This document shows positions 13,801 to 28,800 of a stretch of 64,000 nucleotides of DNA, in pieces. Origin of the DNA: Phoronis australis. Its lineage: Eukaryota; Animalia; Phoronida. The notes under the pieces were generated by a model that ran no database searches, was not told the origin of the DNA, and saw nothing but the letters and a program-made list of their open reading frames with translations. The DNA lies in NCBI GenBank assembly GCA_002633005.1, contig NMRA01000420.1, forward strand, positions 1 through 64,000, written 5' to 3'. Positions within the stretch are counted from its first letter, which is position 1. Each line of letters opens with the position of its first letter. A program made the position numbers and the translations under genes.

Positions 13801-16800
13801 TTTCTTATTTTACTAAGGCTTTGCCCAATACATCTAAAATAACAAAATTCCGTGGAAGTTTCATACATAAATTCTCGGGTTCTGATCCAACAGGTAAGTT
13901 TGTGGTTATCAGTGTCTACGATAATACCGTAAACGTTGGGGTTAACGCCCATGCTCAGTTAACCACCCACCCCCTACTTTAGGTGGATTTTTGATTTAAC
14001 CGCCCACTGCTCGGTTAACCACCCCTCTGCGATTTTTGAAGATTTCCAGTTAAGCGCCCACCTCTCGGTTAAGCACCCTTCCCCAACTTTTTAAGATTGA
14101 AGATTTATCGCCCAGTGTTAGGAAACGCGCATCCCAGACTTATAGATACAGATGATGATCACAACAAGCGCAACGACGCTGGGCCTCAGGGATGGCGGTT
14201 TGGCAATGTGAGTTACAATACAAGTAACGAATTATTGTCCCGGGTCATGGGCTTACTTCAAAATATCTTTACTTGAATGTTTTTGTCATTTTGTTTTCTT
14301 CCCATGTTTGCAAACCCCGCCGGCGTCAATACCTCCGCTTTCAGAGACGCTGTCTGTCACACTGAGTTTCCATCTGCACTGCACTCGATAAAACATATAT
14401 TCGAAATAATTGGGCCAGAGAAATGTGACGATGGTTTTGCCAATCCTCCAAATTCTCTTTAGGTGTGAAGCTCGTGTATTTTGAAGAATTAATTCCCATA
14501 ACTCACGGAAAGATGTCAAATTCTCCCTATTTTGATGAATATTAGTGCCAGGTTATCGAGGATGTGTGGCGACCAAAGGGACAGTGTGCCTCACTGCATG
14601 GGTTACCGATTTACTGCCTCTTGATTTCTGAGTTCAAAGGTTGGCAATAGGTCACTGTATGTTTGTGTATCACCTTGAAGTAATAAAAAATTTCTAGCAA
14701 AATTTTGTTTTTCGCTTACTGCATCTCAGTCAAACTGGCGTTAGCAGATTTAACTAATGTTGCTGGCTGTTCTTTACGATTTCTTGTGTCAACCCCCGAA
14801 TGAATGTGCAGTGTGAATTATCGCTTCCATATTCCCTTTTTAGCTATCCAGAATAATTTTGTTTCTACATTGGCCAGTTTCATCCTGAACAAAATTCTTA
14901 CCACTCGAGCATGAAATATCTACAATGCAGACTGACTGAAAATTGGAGAGTTGATAGGAGGTGCACGGAGCTAGCTACGGGCATGGCACACTCGAGCCTA
15001 GAGAACATCGAGCCGGAAAATATTGAAGTAGACTTGACATCGCAGTTTTGGGATACACTGGAACGGAGGAATATCATAAAGCACTGGGTCTTTCCAAACA
15101 ACAGCTTAAAAGTACAGCGTCATACCGGTTTTTTACTTAGGATTGTCCTTGTTCTCTTTTGATATGTAACTTTGTAGTGGTGCACGCGCGTAAGTTCCCA
15201 CACTGACTGCATGTTACCTTGACACCAACACGTGATTGACAGGTTACTCATATGTAGGCACTACGTGCGTGTTGAATCCCGTCGCTATCTTTGGCCATTA
15301 AAAACAAGACGCATATTGAAAGAAGCGGATACATTACTTGACGGCCTTTCCAAGTCAAGATTGCCTGCTGGGACATTGCGCGCAAACAGCGGGACCCACC
15401 AGTGACGCAGTGTGATAGTGTAGGTGATATTATGATAAGATATAATCTGGACATCTTGCATGTAAAATAAATGTTTTCCACCACAAAGTTGGGGAAGGTG
15501 GTCGTTTAAGAATGAATTCAAACATCGCTGTTTTGTGACGGTTTATCACATATTTATGCCGTGGTTCGAACTTTTCTTCTTGATTGACATCTGGCTCATG
15601 TCTGCTTACCCCCCCAATTCTTGTCTTACTTCTTTGCCAAACATGTTTCGCGCAACAGGAAGTGAAAATGTTACACACTTAACGCCTTCTTTCTCGTATT
15701 GTGTGAATGAAATGCTATCAAATGTACCAGGTCGACTTTGTAGATGTGTCCCTTTGTACTTTCCCTGGTTTTTTGAACATGAGTAGTTTAATGGTATGGT
15801 AAAAAATGTACAGCGTAGAGATTCAACTCCACACGAAAATAAGTTTCCAGGATTAGGTAACAATTTTTTATTGTTAAAGCGTTCCTGCATTTTTTGTTGA
15901 TGCTCACAAACCAATTTTATTCGACATTACAGTAAATACACTTCCCTTTGTAAGAACTACAATGACATCGTATTTGGCTAATATTTATCGTATTTCTTGG
16001 GGAACGAACGACAATAACAATTTTTTTCATGGAGACTTTAAGTTCGGAAGCCAATTTGATAGGAAAAAACACCAGTTTTAGTCCACGATAGTTTGGTTTA
16101 TTTCAGCCAGGGTTTTATTGCCTTGGAGTCATCGCTAATGCAGTATTTGACCTGCTCCACACAAAAATAGCAAGACCCAAGTTTCTAATGCCGACGGGTG
16201 CTGTCTACCACCTTAGTTATGGCAATGATCCAAAAAGGTGACTGTTGGGCTTTTGGACTATAAAAACATGCAATTTCTCTTTTAAGATAACATATAAATT
16301 AAAATTGCTATTTAGCCAATGGTCGTTAGTTCGAAGTACAAATAAATAAGGATAATGATTGGACATTCTATTATTACTGGAAGTGATGTCACGTGTTTCA
16401 TGAGGCGCCATTTTTGTGTTGCAGCTCGCAGATAAGGGAATTTGGTGTACTTTTCCTTTTGATGCATTGCATTAAATGCTCATATTAAACATCGCTGACT
16501 TCGACGTTGGCGGTTTTTGTTCCATACAATCAACTTTCAATGAAACCTACACCTGTAGTTCAAATCATTCTGTTAAATCATTGTTTTTCTAAGAATATTG
16601 GGGCCCATTCCACATAAAATTGTTGCGTGTCTTGTATGTCCGTTGCACGCTATTGTATGATTTATTGAGACATACACACATGGCCACAGGCCCCAAGTAT
16701 ATCATGTACAAGACAGAACATTGTTAGGTGCCATGTTTCAAACTGGATAATACATTATGACGCTTGAGAGCGTGATGGACGAATTTAATAAGTAGGCTAT

Positions 16801-19800
16801 CTGGAGTTCTCATGAGAGAATCAAATTTTGATGTCGTGGGAGAATGACAAAAACGATCACTTAAGTACTTAACCCGAAGGTCTTGGTACGCACTACAAAC
16901 TAACACAAAGTGGTATTCGTCCTCTACACACCCAGAATTACATAATTCACACAACCTGTTTTCATAGGGAATATTTGTGTAGCGACCTCTTTCCACTAGT
17001 AACGAATGATTTGAACATCGCAAACAAGTCAGAGACTGGATAAAAACACGTGGGATACCAACCATTTCTAGATAATTCTCAAGATGATACTTTGTTTTGT
17101 ACCCCACATAGTAAGGCAGTTTTGCGTTACATTCGATATCAGATTGCCAACCCTGCAAATAACAGTCGTTGACACATTGAGAAAAAACAGTCAAGAAATA
17201 CGCTTGATTTACCACACCCTAATTAATCCATACATCTGAAAAACCATACACAGACAGAAGTTTCCTTACAAAACTTGCCCAACTATAGGAAGACCTTCCG
17301 ATCAGGTCTGACTGAAAAAGCATATCATATGCAGCTTTTACTCCACGATAGAGACATCTCCAGTATTTTAAACCAGTATTTTAAACAAGAAACAAATATT
17401 TTGTAGACAATGGGAATCGACCACATTCTCCCATAATTGCCGAGTTTGAACAACAACTGCCTACTTCTAAAATGCGTTTACAAAACTTGATATGTATATT
17501 TTCCAATTGTTCATATTCCTTAAAGCCTCATATCTCAGCGCCGTAACACAGAGAGGGGTAAACTATTTTATCGAACAAGTGAAAGGCTATTGACGGGGGC
17601 AAATCACGACATCTTCGCTTTAATTTACAAATTGCAGAGGCAGCTTTATTTGCTTGACTGGATAAGGCTTTAATGGCTTTGGTCCACGAAACTTTTGAAG
17701 TAATAAGTAGTCCAAGGTATTTGTAATGAGGCACCACATCAACCAATGTTCCATTGTAAAACCATTTCTCATATCGTCTTAGGGGACCGCCATTTCTGAA
17801 AACGACCACTTTAGTTTTTTTCAAGTTTACTTGCATGCCCCACGATTTGCAAAATTCTGCCAAACAATTAAGCATACGTTGTAAGTCGACGGCGGTAGAG
17901 GAACATAACACCATATCATCTGCGTACAGAAGGGAGTTAACTCTTGGCACTTGTGCTATTTATATTACTTTTCATACTCAAATGACCCAGTGACCGCAGC
18001 TGACTAGTCGGGAGTTCTCGAAAAATGTCTGCCTCCAGAGTTCAGCGTAACGCAATTTTCAACTTACACATCAGTTCTTTGACAAGGAATGTTTTCAACG
18101 GACAAGAGACAAGTTTGCAGTTTGAATTCAGTTCTTTGTGGCAAACTACAGATGGATATAGTTATAATTACAAATAATACAGTGCATGTCAATAGTTCAG
18201 AAATAATGAATTTTTGAATTTGGTGCTCGTCTAAACAAGATTTTAAATATCAGCCTCCTCGTTTCCAAAAAGTAGGCGTACTCTGCAGCCATAGCTGTCA
18301 AGACATTCCTCACAATATTGTTAAGCTGAACATAAGAGCCCCTTTAAAATCCTTTTGGAACAGCACTCGCTGTCCACTATGGAAAGTCTGATGACAACAT
18401 TGAACAATAAATGAGGTGATTTTTAAAATCTTTGATGTCCATGATGTATTAGCACTTTGCTAATGCTAACCATGTATTGTGTCCTTGTTAAATAAATTTC
18501 ATAATAATAATAATAATGATAATAATGATAACGAAAACGATAACGAGTAATAGTAGTGACGGTAGTAATAGTATTAATAGTAGTAACTGTAGTGAGAGTA
18601 ATGTAATGCTACATGTATTAAAAATGACAATGGTAGCCAAATTCATATAGTGTCAGTCAGGAGAGCATTCCTATATAGAAGATGTATGCAAAAAGTGCAG
18701 CCCAAAAGGGTGTTTATTCACAGAAAAAATACTCTTCAAAATGGTGTCATTTTCAACATAACTAAAAGGTGCCTTTCCTGAATTTCTGGAACAGAAGTGT
18801 GCGAAAATGAGAGGTTTTACTCATATTAGTCTCTAAATGGGTCACTTTTTTGTACGAGCCCATGACTCTCTAAATGGGTAGGTATTCAAATTTTTCAGGC
18901 GCCTCTCCTCGTCTAAAAATACTCCAGTACTCCCCCCCCCGGCCGTGTCAAATACCACTTGTTCGTGATTTTGGTCATTTTCTTTGCAATATGAGGTGGG
19001 TTTCGTAAAATGTAACAGTGGAACATTTCTCTCATGTGCCTCCATGTGAAATGTAACAACTACATAAAATGTAAGAGTTGTTACATTTTACTGGTATCAC
19101 AGCTGTGACCTCTGCAACACGTGAAGCTTGCACGCGAGCACTCTTTTGAAGTGTCACCGCTTGCAATCCAAGTGGAGTGCTGCGTGGTCACTGGTCATTT
19201 GTGCACTACAGCTCTAACAAACTAACAAGACCGCAGGATGGCATGGGTCTATTACTCAGCAATTTTTAAACTTTAATTGTGAATGACTAATCTGAGGGCA
19301 ACAGAACCTTTGTTGGGATCATCAGCTGTTATGAAGTTTTTAGTGTCATTTGGCGACGTGACGATAAAGCGCTTTGAAAAGTGCTACGCGTTCCGAGTAT
19401 GGGGTAAGATTAATCGCCCAGGGCGGTTGTCTGTCATAATAAGCGCCCATGTTCGGTTAACCGCCCACCCTGGATTTCTTGAAATTTCACATTTAAGCGC
19501 CCATGTCTGGTTACTCCCGATTTTTTGGGTTTGCCAATTTAACCACCAAGGGCGTTAACCCGAATGTTTACTGTAGTAGTTTTCTCCTAGGTAATCAAAA
19601 CACAGACACCATCAAACACAACTTATACCATTAAATCAGAGAATATATCTACATCATAAAAATTTGGAACTTTGAATGAATAGGAAGAGTGGACAATACC
19701 ACCTGGACTATGCATATATACCCTTAATCACTGGGTGTTTTTCACAACTCTAGTCAATTTATCGCTAATGCCAATCTCCATCTACATCAGTTTGACAAAG

Positions 19801-22800
19801 ACCTTGTAACCATTGACAACATCAACTATGTAGGTAATGATCCAATTGTGAACAAATGAACCCAACAACTCAACAGTATAATTGAAACTATTCAGCGAAT
19901 GTTGAAGTACCTGTTATGCACCAAAGCTAAATAAGATGACTTATAAAACACAAAAGGACGTTAGCTATGGGAACACAACTCCTACATTTCATCATACAGG
20001 GAGGCGGGCTACAAAAAACAAACACCAAAATAGCAAAAAGTCACTTGTAGGTGCAGAAAGTCACTTGCGGGTGCAGAAAGTCATTTGTGGGTGTACAAAG
20101 TCACTTGTGGTTGCAGCGTTGGTCAGATCCACAAAAAAGATGCCATCATCTCCATTATAATAAATTGCCACCAAGGAACTTGTCCAAAAATAAAAACAAT
20201 AACAAATTGCCACCAGGGAACTAGTTCCCAAATCCACCACACACCAACATGAGTTGTTTTATCCTTGATAGGATAACACTTCATGCAGAAGATCTAGTAC
20301 CCGTACATAGTGAAATAAGCGCCAAATGGATGCCTTTTTTCTAACTGTGACTTCTATACAGGACGGACCTATTCAGAAGTTGTGTCAAATTAGACAGTTG
20401 TGTCATTTTGGGCATGAACTGAGGTTATTAAAACATGATTTGTCTTCATACCTTGATTATACTTATTGAACAGAACGTATCACCGATGCGCTTTAAGCAA
20501 TCATTTATGTTATTCGACAATGTTAGCTAAAAAAACATGTTCGAGAACAAATATGACATTGACAGTGTGAAATGGGTGTCGTTATCAACAAGTACGCAAA
20601 CCGTCAATATTTGCTCTTACAGCTTTGAGTACTAAATGTCTAACTTCCTTGTTCTTCACAAAATCTAAAAAACTGTACATTTACATTCATCCCTTCTTGC
20701 AAAAATTCAAATCTAGAAAAATAGTTGCTATATCTGTCATTAACTCAATGTATTATAACAGAGTCGAAATAAGCACGAGTTTGGCAGGCCAGTGTGAACT
20801 AAAATTATAACAATAAACTACTACTGTTGCTACTACTTGAAGCGGAAGTTCCTTCAATACACCAACAACTACAATTTAGTATTCCTTACCGAACTAGGAT
20901 TCTATTGTTGTTACAAACGCAAGCCACAGGCAATGTGTGCAGATGTCATTTTCTAGTTCTCCAAAGATACAGAAGCAAACGTGAAAAATAAAATTGTCAG
21001 CAGAGAAAGAAATCAGGTGCAAAAAAGACAAAACCATCATTAAGAAGCACCTCAGAGCTGTCGGAAAATCAATGCCATCCATGGCCTTTTCACCAGAAAC
21101 AAATCTGCTAAGTTTCTTCATGAACCTTGAAATGATTTTGTGGATAAACAAGAGGATGCCAAAAACGGCTCCAAATAACAAAACTGGTGAGTAGGTGGTC
21201 ACAACACGTCAAATACATCTGAAAGTGGAAAGGCATTGTAGTCTTTGAAAAAGAAACCTATTTTCCAAATTTCACCAAAATACACCATAATCCATCAACT
21301 AACACCAACGATACAAAGGCAAACATAATTGCCTCTAGGAGGCATAGCTTACTTTGACCTGAAACTGTCAGCTTCACAGGAAAACATCTGCCAAACTCCA
21401 CAAAGATCCCGCAAATGGTTAAGGACATACCGTCGCAGATGCAAAAAAAAAANTGTCGGAAAATCAATGCCATCCATGGCCTTTTCACCAGAAACAAATC
21501 TGCTAAGTTTCTTCATGAACCTTGAAATGATTTTGTGGATAAACAAGAGGATGCCAAAAACGGCTCCAAATAACAAAACTGGTGAGTAGGTGGTGCACAA
21601 TATGTCAAATACATCTGAAAGTGGAAAGGCATTGTAGTCTTTGAAAAAGAAACCTATTTTCCAAATTTCACCAAAATACACCATAATCCATCAACGAACA
21701 CCAACAATACAAAGGCAAACATAATTGCCTCTAGGAGGCATAGCTTACTTTGACCTGAAACTGTCAGCTTCACAGGAAAACATCTGCCAAACTCCACAAA
21801 GATCCCGCAAATGGTTAAGGACATACCGTCGCAGATGCAAAAAAAAAACAAAATTGCCACTAGGAGTGCCAGAGTAGTCAAATCAGTCCAAAAAGCAACG
21901 TCATTTGCCATCTTCTCAACAGGAACATATCTATCAATTTCCATAATGATCCTAAGAGCAGTTTGGCAGATAGAGAGGCGGGCGCCAAAAAGTAGCCACT
22001 GGATGGCGCAGAATACAAAAAATTCATCCAAAAATGGGAAAGCGTCGTCTCCTTATAGAAACTTATTTGGCAAATTTCATGAAAATTCATCAAAGAACTA
22101 CAAAAATATGGAAAATGAAATTTGCCGCAAGGGGACACAGCAGTACATATATTGATTCAAAATTCATCATCATCCGTCCTCTGCTTCATTGGAACAGACT
22201 TGCAGAATCTCATTATAGTTTTGCAAGGCATTTAGGAGATACAGTAGCAGATGGCAGATGGCTAGACACAGATTACGGCAATATGCATCCACACAAGCAT
22301 ACAACCACACACAAAATCACTTTGCTTTCGTTAACCAAGTCTCCAAAGGCACAAACAGAAAAATCTGATGAGCGACAAGGTATATCAATTAGAGAATATG
22401 AAATCTTTATTTTTGGAAATTATAGCCAAAATTGATGCTTTTTGCATTTTTCCAATACTCCTAACAAAATGAACACACGCAATTTTCCAAACATCGTTTG
22501 AGGGAAGCTAAACCACATGCAATAACCAAAAACTGATAATTTCAGAAAATTGTAGTCAAAACTTAATATATAACAATCAAAGTAATCCTGTTTATTAACT
22601 GGTGACTTTTGTTTAGCTGCACTTGTAAAAACATGTCAAGATCATGTCAACAACAAAAGCTGTAACTATTAGTTATGTGTTCGATTTCTGCACACCATTC
22701 TCACCTCTACTGTCTGTTGTATCAGCCTCCCACAGGGCAGATAACATCTAACAAAAAAGAAAATGAAGTCTACTACTGCACTAACACAACATTTTAATAT

Positions 22801-25800
22801 CTGGACTGAAAGCCAAAGGTATAAATGGACACCCAAATGAGTGAGTTTTTATGCCATTTAAGGCTAACAACAGAAAACACACCAGATCTCCTGGCTCCCA
22901 TAGGCTGATGATTGTCACGTGTCATAGGGCTCCTTTGTTCTCAAGAAAGTTGTATTTCCTGCCATCTGTACGTCGCTTTGCAGCACTTAGGTTCGAGCTA
23001 ATCTCTCTTCATTTTTTTGCGTTCTCCGATCCCAGTTCCTACGTTCCCGGTAAGCATGTTTTTATTCCTCCCTCCGCTGTCATGCCAGTTCACGGCCTTT
23101 CTCTGGGATCACCTTACGTCCGCTGGCTGGGCCATTTTGCCCTCAGCCATGCTCGGTCTCTTGACCTAATTAGCCTCGGGTTCGATCCCCGTCTTGTCAA
23201 GCCTATTCTTGGGCCTCTCGGGTACCACTCTAGCCCCCGGGACCCGATCCANTTAGGCAACTAATAATAAAACGCACAGTAAACACGAGAACACTTCTGT
23301 ATTATTTTAAAAGCTGCTGTGACACAATGCAGTCACAGCGGCATGTTTCCTAAAGTTAGTGAAAACTTTTAAAGCAAACAACTTGAACAGCAGCGAATAA
23401 CAAAGGGCTTTCTGGCAATTATTAAGATGGGGCATATCTTTACAAAAACATTGAAACAGATAGTGGGCAAATAATGGTATGCATTTAAAAAGGCATTGCA
23501 CACAATGTTGCGAGACATACAAAGGCTTTTCCGCTAATATGAACAACACTAACAACAGGATAATAGACTTTAGATATGCTATAAATAGTCATCTATACAT
23601 TTTAGTTCTAGTGTTTGGACAACCAATAGAAATCACATTAAAAATCAAAAAAATAAATCACATCGAAAAGACCACATATGACAGGTGACCATTCAATTCA
23701 TCTCTGAAGAGGTCTAGTTGGAACCAATGCGACCGCACCATGAACGAGTGGAACAAAATTCAACAAGGTAGAGTCAGTCTTTTCATCTTCTAACAAGGCT
23801 TTCTGTGTACAAGGAGTAACTTAAAACATCATCGTCATTTATCTGCATCAGCAAGACTTTACAATAACGAAAACTCATTGCAAACGATATCTTAAGCCTT
23901 TCAGGATTTGTGTGGAAATTTACTCCAGTACTATTCTAGTTTCATGTATGATACACAACCTTCACATCAGGGCAAAATAAGGCAAAGACGGAGAACAACA
24001 TTTAATCAAATCTCCCAATATAAACATTTCAAAACATTCTCTCATTATTGTTGTTGGTACCACAGAGTGCTCATACAACATGTTAATATATCCTAAACTT
24101 TTTGGAACAATGTAATCAGCCAGAACTTTGAAAAATGCGATGGGAGTTAATACTTCTTTATGTGAAATTTAAGAAAGATTAATGTACCCAAGGTGGAAAA
24201 CTTCTCACTCTTGGATACCTTTTGTAGGATCCAGAAGAGGACAGACACCACTAAATACTCTCGAGATATATCGTTAAATTTTGGGAAATGGCGCGTACGT
24301 GCGCGTGTCACGAGATTGCACTGTTTTCAAAACGACGGCAGATAGTAGGATTTTCCTATGTTACAAAAGGCGGAGAATTACGAATAATTAAGGTTTATTA
24401 GATTTTGTTTACTTCTATAAACGGCTGTAACGGGCACTGTGAATGTCGATTCATACCCAGATTCTGCATGCACCCCTGCAGGTTGTTAAATCTGAAGTTT
24501 CACGATGAGGTGCCGAGCTGAGCACCCCGGTTGTGTGAAATTCCGGTGTCTAACGGAGCTCTACACTACCTAGATGTATGTTGACGACAGTCCTCATACA
24601 GCTAGCTGGCTTTCTACCTCAGTATGTACATTTATGATGCAAGTTTTGTAAACACAGCCAGGTGCGGATCCAGGATTTTGAGTTGGGGTGCACAGCAGAT
24701 AGAGTATTAGCCAGAATTTTGCCCTTCAGACATTCGCACCCCCGGACTGCCAAATGGAATCTGGGAGAATTTTATGGGAGCCATGGCCCCCTTGGCCACC
24801 CTCTAAATCCACCACTAACATCTATATACTTTGTGTACTACACAATATTTTAAATGCATTCTTAGTTTTCACTTTAAACTGAAGAATATCTGATTATCGT
24901 ACTTTGTGTCACGGCAGGGTCAAATGTTCTGCAAAGAAATTTGTACTAACTAGTCGAAGAATCCCACAGCGGCACACCTAAAATCTGACAGGTGACAAGA
25001 CATTCTGCTTAAAGCTTTGAACACGGTCTCTTCAAGAAGTATTTGTGTCTCTTGCGATGAATACTTGATAGGTTCGCTCTCAGGTGTACCAATTTTCCCT
25101 CCGCCTTTCAAAGGAGTTGCAGCTAATACTATAATAAGCCTGGTTTGTTTGGCTAAGTATGTTTTTGTTAACCAAAGGCTTCATACACAATAAGCAAACA
25201 AGCCTAACTTATACTTGCGCTGTTTAACCAATTCGATGCACTTCATCAGGTACATTAAAAAAGTGAAAGGCCTTTCTCATAAGTAACTAAGTGAAAAAAA
25301 ACAAATCAGATTTTCATAGAATATATAAGAATGACAGGAATAAGAGTTAACAACGGGACAACTGGTACACTATTGTGTTACTGTACCTATAGAATCCAAT
25401 GAAAACTCATAACATGCCTTGATTGACACCTATTTACATCAATAACATTTTATGAGACAAATATGTGGCAAAATCACTTTTTGTTTTGCAACTTTGTTCA
25501 TTGTAATGTGGTGTATGACTCATATGGAAAACTCAGAGCAGGAGACCTTTAGCAGCCTTTATGAGAGGTCCGACATCAGACAGTCTGAGAAGGAAGAGCT
25601 GAAGACACGGAGGACCCCCATCTATGAGTGACGATAGGCTACACATGGACACCCATCTATGAGTGACGATAGGCTACACATGGACACGCAGAAAGAGCAA
25701 TATTTATCCTCTGAAGAATACTAAATGGAAGTTGTGTAGAGCACGAGAGTATGAAGTATGGAAGAGGGTGAAGATCGAGATTATGCGTGGATGAACAATA

Positions 25801-28800
25801 TTCAATATTCAGTAAAGCATTGAATCAAGGGACAAATACTTTGGCGCTTGAGAGAGAAAATATAGAGGAGTCACAGGTGAGTCAAGTGGGGACAGAGAAT
25901 CAGATGCAGTGTGAGGGTACTCAGGTGAACCAAGTGTACGGAGGTAGACCTCTGTCAGAAAGGGGGCAGACTGTGCGGCAAGCGGAGGACAGTGATGCCT
26001 ATAGTTCTTTAATTGATTTGTCACTGAATGAAGGCATGTCTCTGTCAGAGGGGGGTCAGACTGTGTGCCCAGTGGAGGACAGTGAGGACTACAGTTCCGC
26101 ATGTTATCTATCAAACAGTATTATTCGGCTTTCACAAAAATTTCCTGCAACCTGTCCAATACTGATGGTATTTGATGTCATGACAACATGACCTAAATTA
26201 TGTAATGCAGTGGGAATTTAGTGCACATTTTATCTTTTGTTGTATTTTTAGGCTCATCTTCATTGAACATCAAAAATATTTCATATAGTATTTTACTTAT
26301 GTCTGAATCTAAACTGTCATAACAGTCCTAATACTTAAAGTGCTTAAAACCACCATTTCCCATGTTTCGAAAAGTGAGTACATTGTCAGCATCATTAAAC
26401 CTTCCTTCATAGTACTGCATATCACAATCCAAAAACGAGAAGGTAGAAGAAAGGTGAATTTTATTGAAAGTTTCTTAGCTCCTCGGACACGAGTGTGATG
26501 TATGAGTATACCCAGCACTAGTGTGCCATGTTTACCAATACGTGTGTTTCTTGTTCAGGATTGTGTCATATCCGACCTTCTCTGATGTCCCGCAGGAAAG
26601 TGAAAAGAGCCACAACAAGGTAAAATACCATGATGTCCCAACCACCACGACTCACCATTCCCTGTTATACCATAAACCCCGGGAAACGAACAGTGATATG
26701 TGACGGTTTTTCACACTACATAAAGGAGGATTAAAGGTGCTGTGATTGGTTGTTCAGGTTATACACAGTATGTAAACTATTGACCAATAAATGCTCTTAA
26801 CTTGAGACCAGCTGATCAACTGGCGAGGTTGTTTTTTTTTTGTTGTTTTTGGTATGAAAGCAGTGATTTTAAGCACTTTAAGATGCTTTTTGGTTGCACT
26901 CAGTGCACAAACGTGCAAAGTTTCATGAACATACATCAAAGGGTTTAGGAGACAGAGCAGCACATGCCGGACTGAGCTGACAGCACAATGTGCCTAGATA
27001 TATAAGTAAGAGGGCACTTAAAAATCAAATAATTAAAATACATTTTCATTACAATCACGATCAATGATTAGAAACGTTTGAACTTTCCTTCACATGTTAT
27101 AGTAAGTCCACGTTTCCATACTTGTTTCCAATTTCCACTCTACTAAACACAAAAAACAGCTTTCATAAATGTCAACAAGTAAGTAATGCTCATTCAAATC
27201 CATATTGTTTGACATCTTTGAAAAGAAATTGGGGACTTTAGGAAGCAGTTTTATATCTTTAATCAAACATTTTAAATAACTACAAGATGATAGAAGCACA
27301 AGGGAACACCTTCACACTCCCAACACTGCGAGAAATTCCCAACATATGTCCGTCACATCCATCCATCCATCATACTAACTCAAGTTTCATAACCAAGTTG
27401 TCATACAAAAGGTTTTAAGAGGACATCATCAAAAAATTTAGTGTACTATACTTAAAAACATTCCGCTAAGTCCATGTAAAACAAAAATTGTAGCTTTTTA
27501 CAATTCACAGAAAATTAAAGTTAAAAAAGATTTCAAAAATTCAAATTCTCTATGTATGTCCATTCCCAATCAGATAAAAGTTGATACATGCATTGAAAGC
27601 TACCAATGAAACTTAACAATTATTGTGTACATTGTTTTCCTAGGATGAACATTCTAGTGATCAAAATTAGTATTCAGATTGTAGGTTCGTCACCAAGGTT
27701 CTGTCCCAATATAAGTTGTTTCAAATCCTTGAGCATTTAATTAAACTGCCTCTGAATGAAGGTTGCATGTATGTTGTATCCCTCCCAAAGAGCAAATATT
27801 AAATAACAAAGAAAAAACATGGAAGTGTAAAAAAGAGACAAAGCAACATGGTATTCTAAAACATGAACTGAGAGAACCAAACATATGAATGAATGCCCGA
27901 ATGACTGCCATTAGTTGAGCTGAACAATGAAACGGTATGTTTTTACAAAACAAAAACAGATCAGACCAAAGTCATTATCATACTAAAGGGATTTAGTTCA
28001 ACCAACCGGTCAACCAATTGTAAAGTTAAACAACTAATACAATCTTAAATACGTAAATATTATTTTAGAGCTTTCTATTCCACTGGAAGCATACATTGCA
28101 ATGTGTATGTATTATAAACCAACAAAGGAAATCAACAAAATTTCAGCATCACGTCGCGTATCACATCTGACGCAGCCAAGTCATTTTTGGAATTGGGAAT
28201 AGTTAGGCCTATAAAAGATCTTTAACCCAGCCGCAGAGTGTCTAAAGCCGCGCACCGTACCAGTGACTGCTGGCAACTCATCGGAGACTCAACTTTAACA
28301 TCCTTCGCCCCAGAGGTAACAACTCTAGGGCTGTCTCCGGTGAGTCCATTCTTTGTTGAATGATGTTTAGGTAAAAAAAACATGCACAGCCAAGGTTAGC
28401 CAGCCAGCTAGCTGTATGAAGACTGTCGTCAAAATACAGCTAGGTCCCACTGCGTGTATTTCTTCCGTAGACAGCGAAATTGCACACAGACAAGTTAGTT
28501 CTGCTCGTCACCGCGCCATGAAACTTGCATCAACATGTACAGCTAAAGACCGGACAGTGTGCATGCAAAATCTGGGAGTCAACCGACACTCACCTTGCCC
28601 GTTACAGCCGTTTAAGTGAAAAACAATGCAATGAACTTTATTTTCTTGCGTAACTCTCTGCCTTTTCTAACAATGAAAAGTATTTCGTCATTTTGGAAAC
28701 AGTACGCTCGTGTCACACGCACGCGCCATTTCCTAAATTTTTGCGACATCTCTCGGGAAATAATGATAGCTTGGAAGCAACAAAATTTCTTCTGAAATTC

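Larger units (their letters stand above)
13927..19573. mobile_element. 5.6 kb TA-flanked TIR element (Tc1/mariner-pogo-like ends) with nested insertions
   Basis: CCGTAAACGTTGGGGTTAACGCCC vs reverse-complement CAGTAAACATTCGGGTTAACGCCC (21/24), TA on both sides, subterminal TTAA(C/G)CGCCCA repeats at both ends. Confidence 0.75.

Noticed and set aside
20894-22435. Cluster of hydrophobic ORFs
   Set aside because: They fall within the HINE-like repeat and its duplicated overlap; no recognisable domain.
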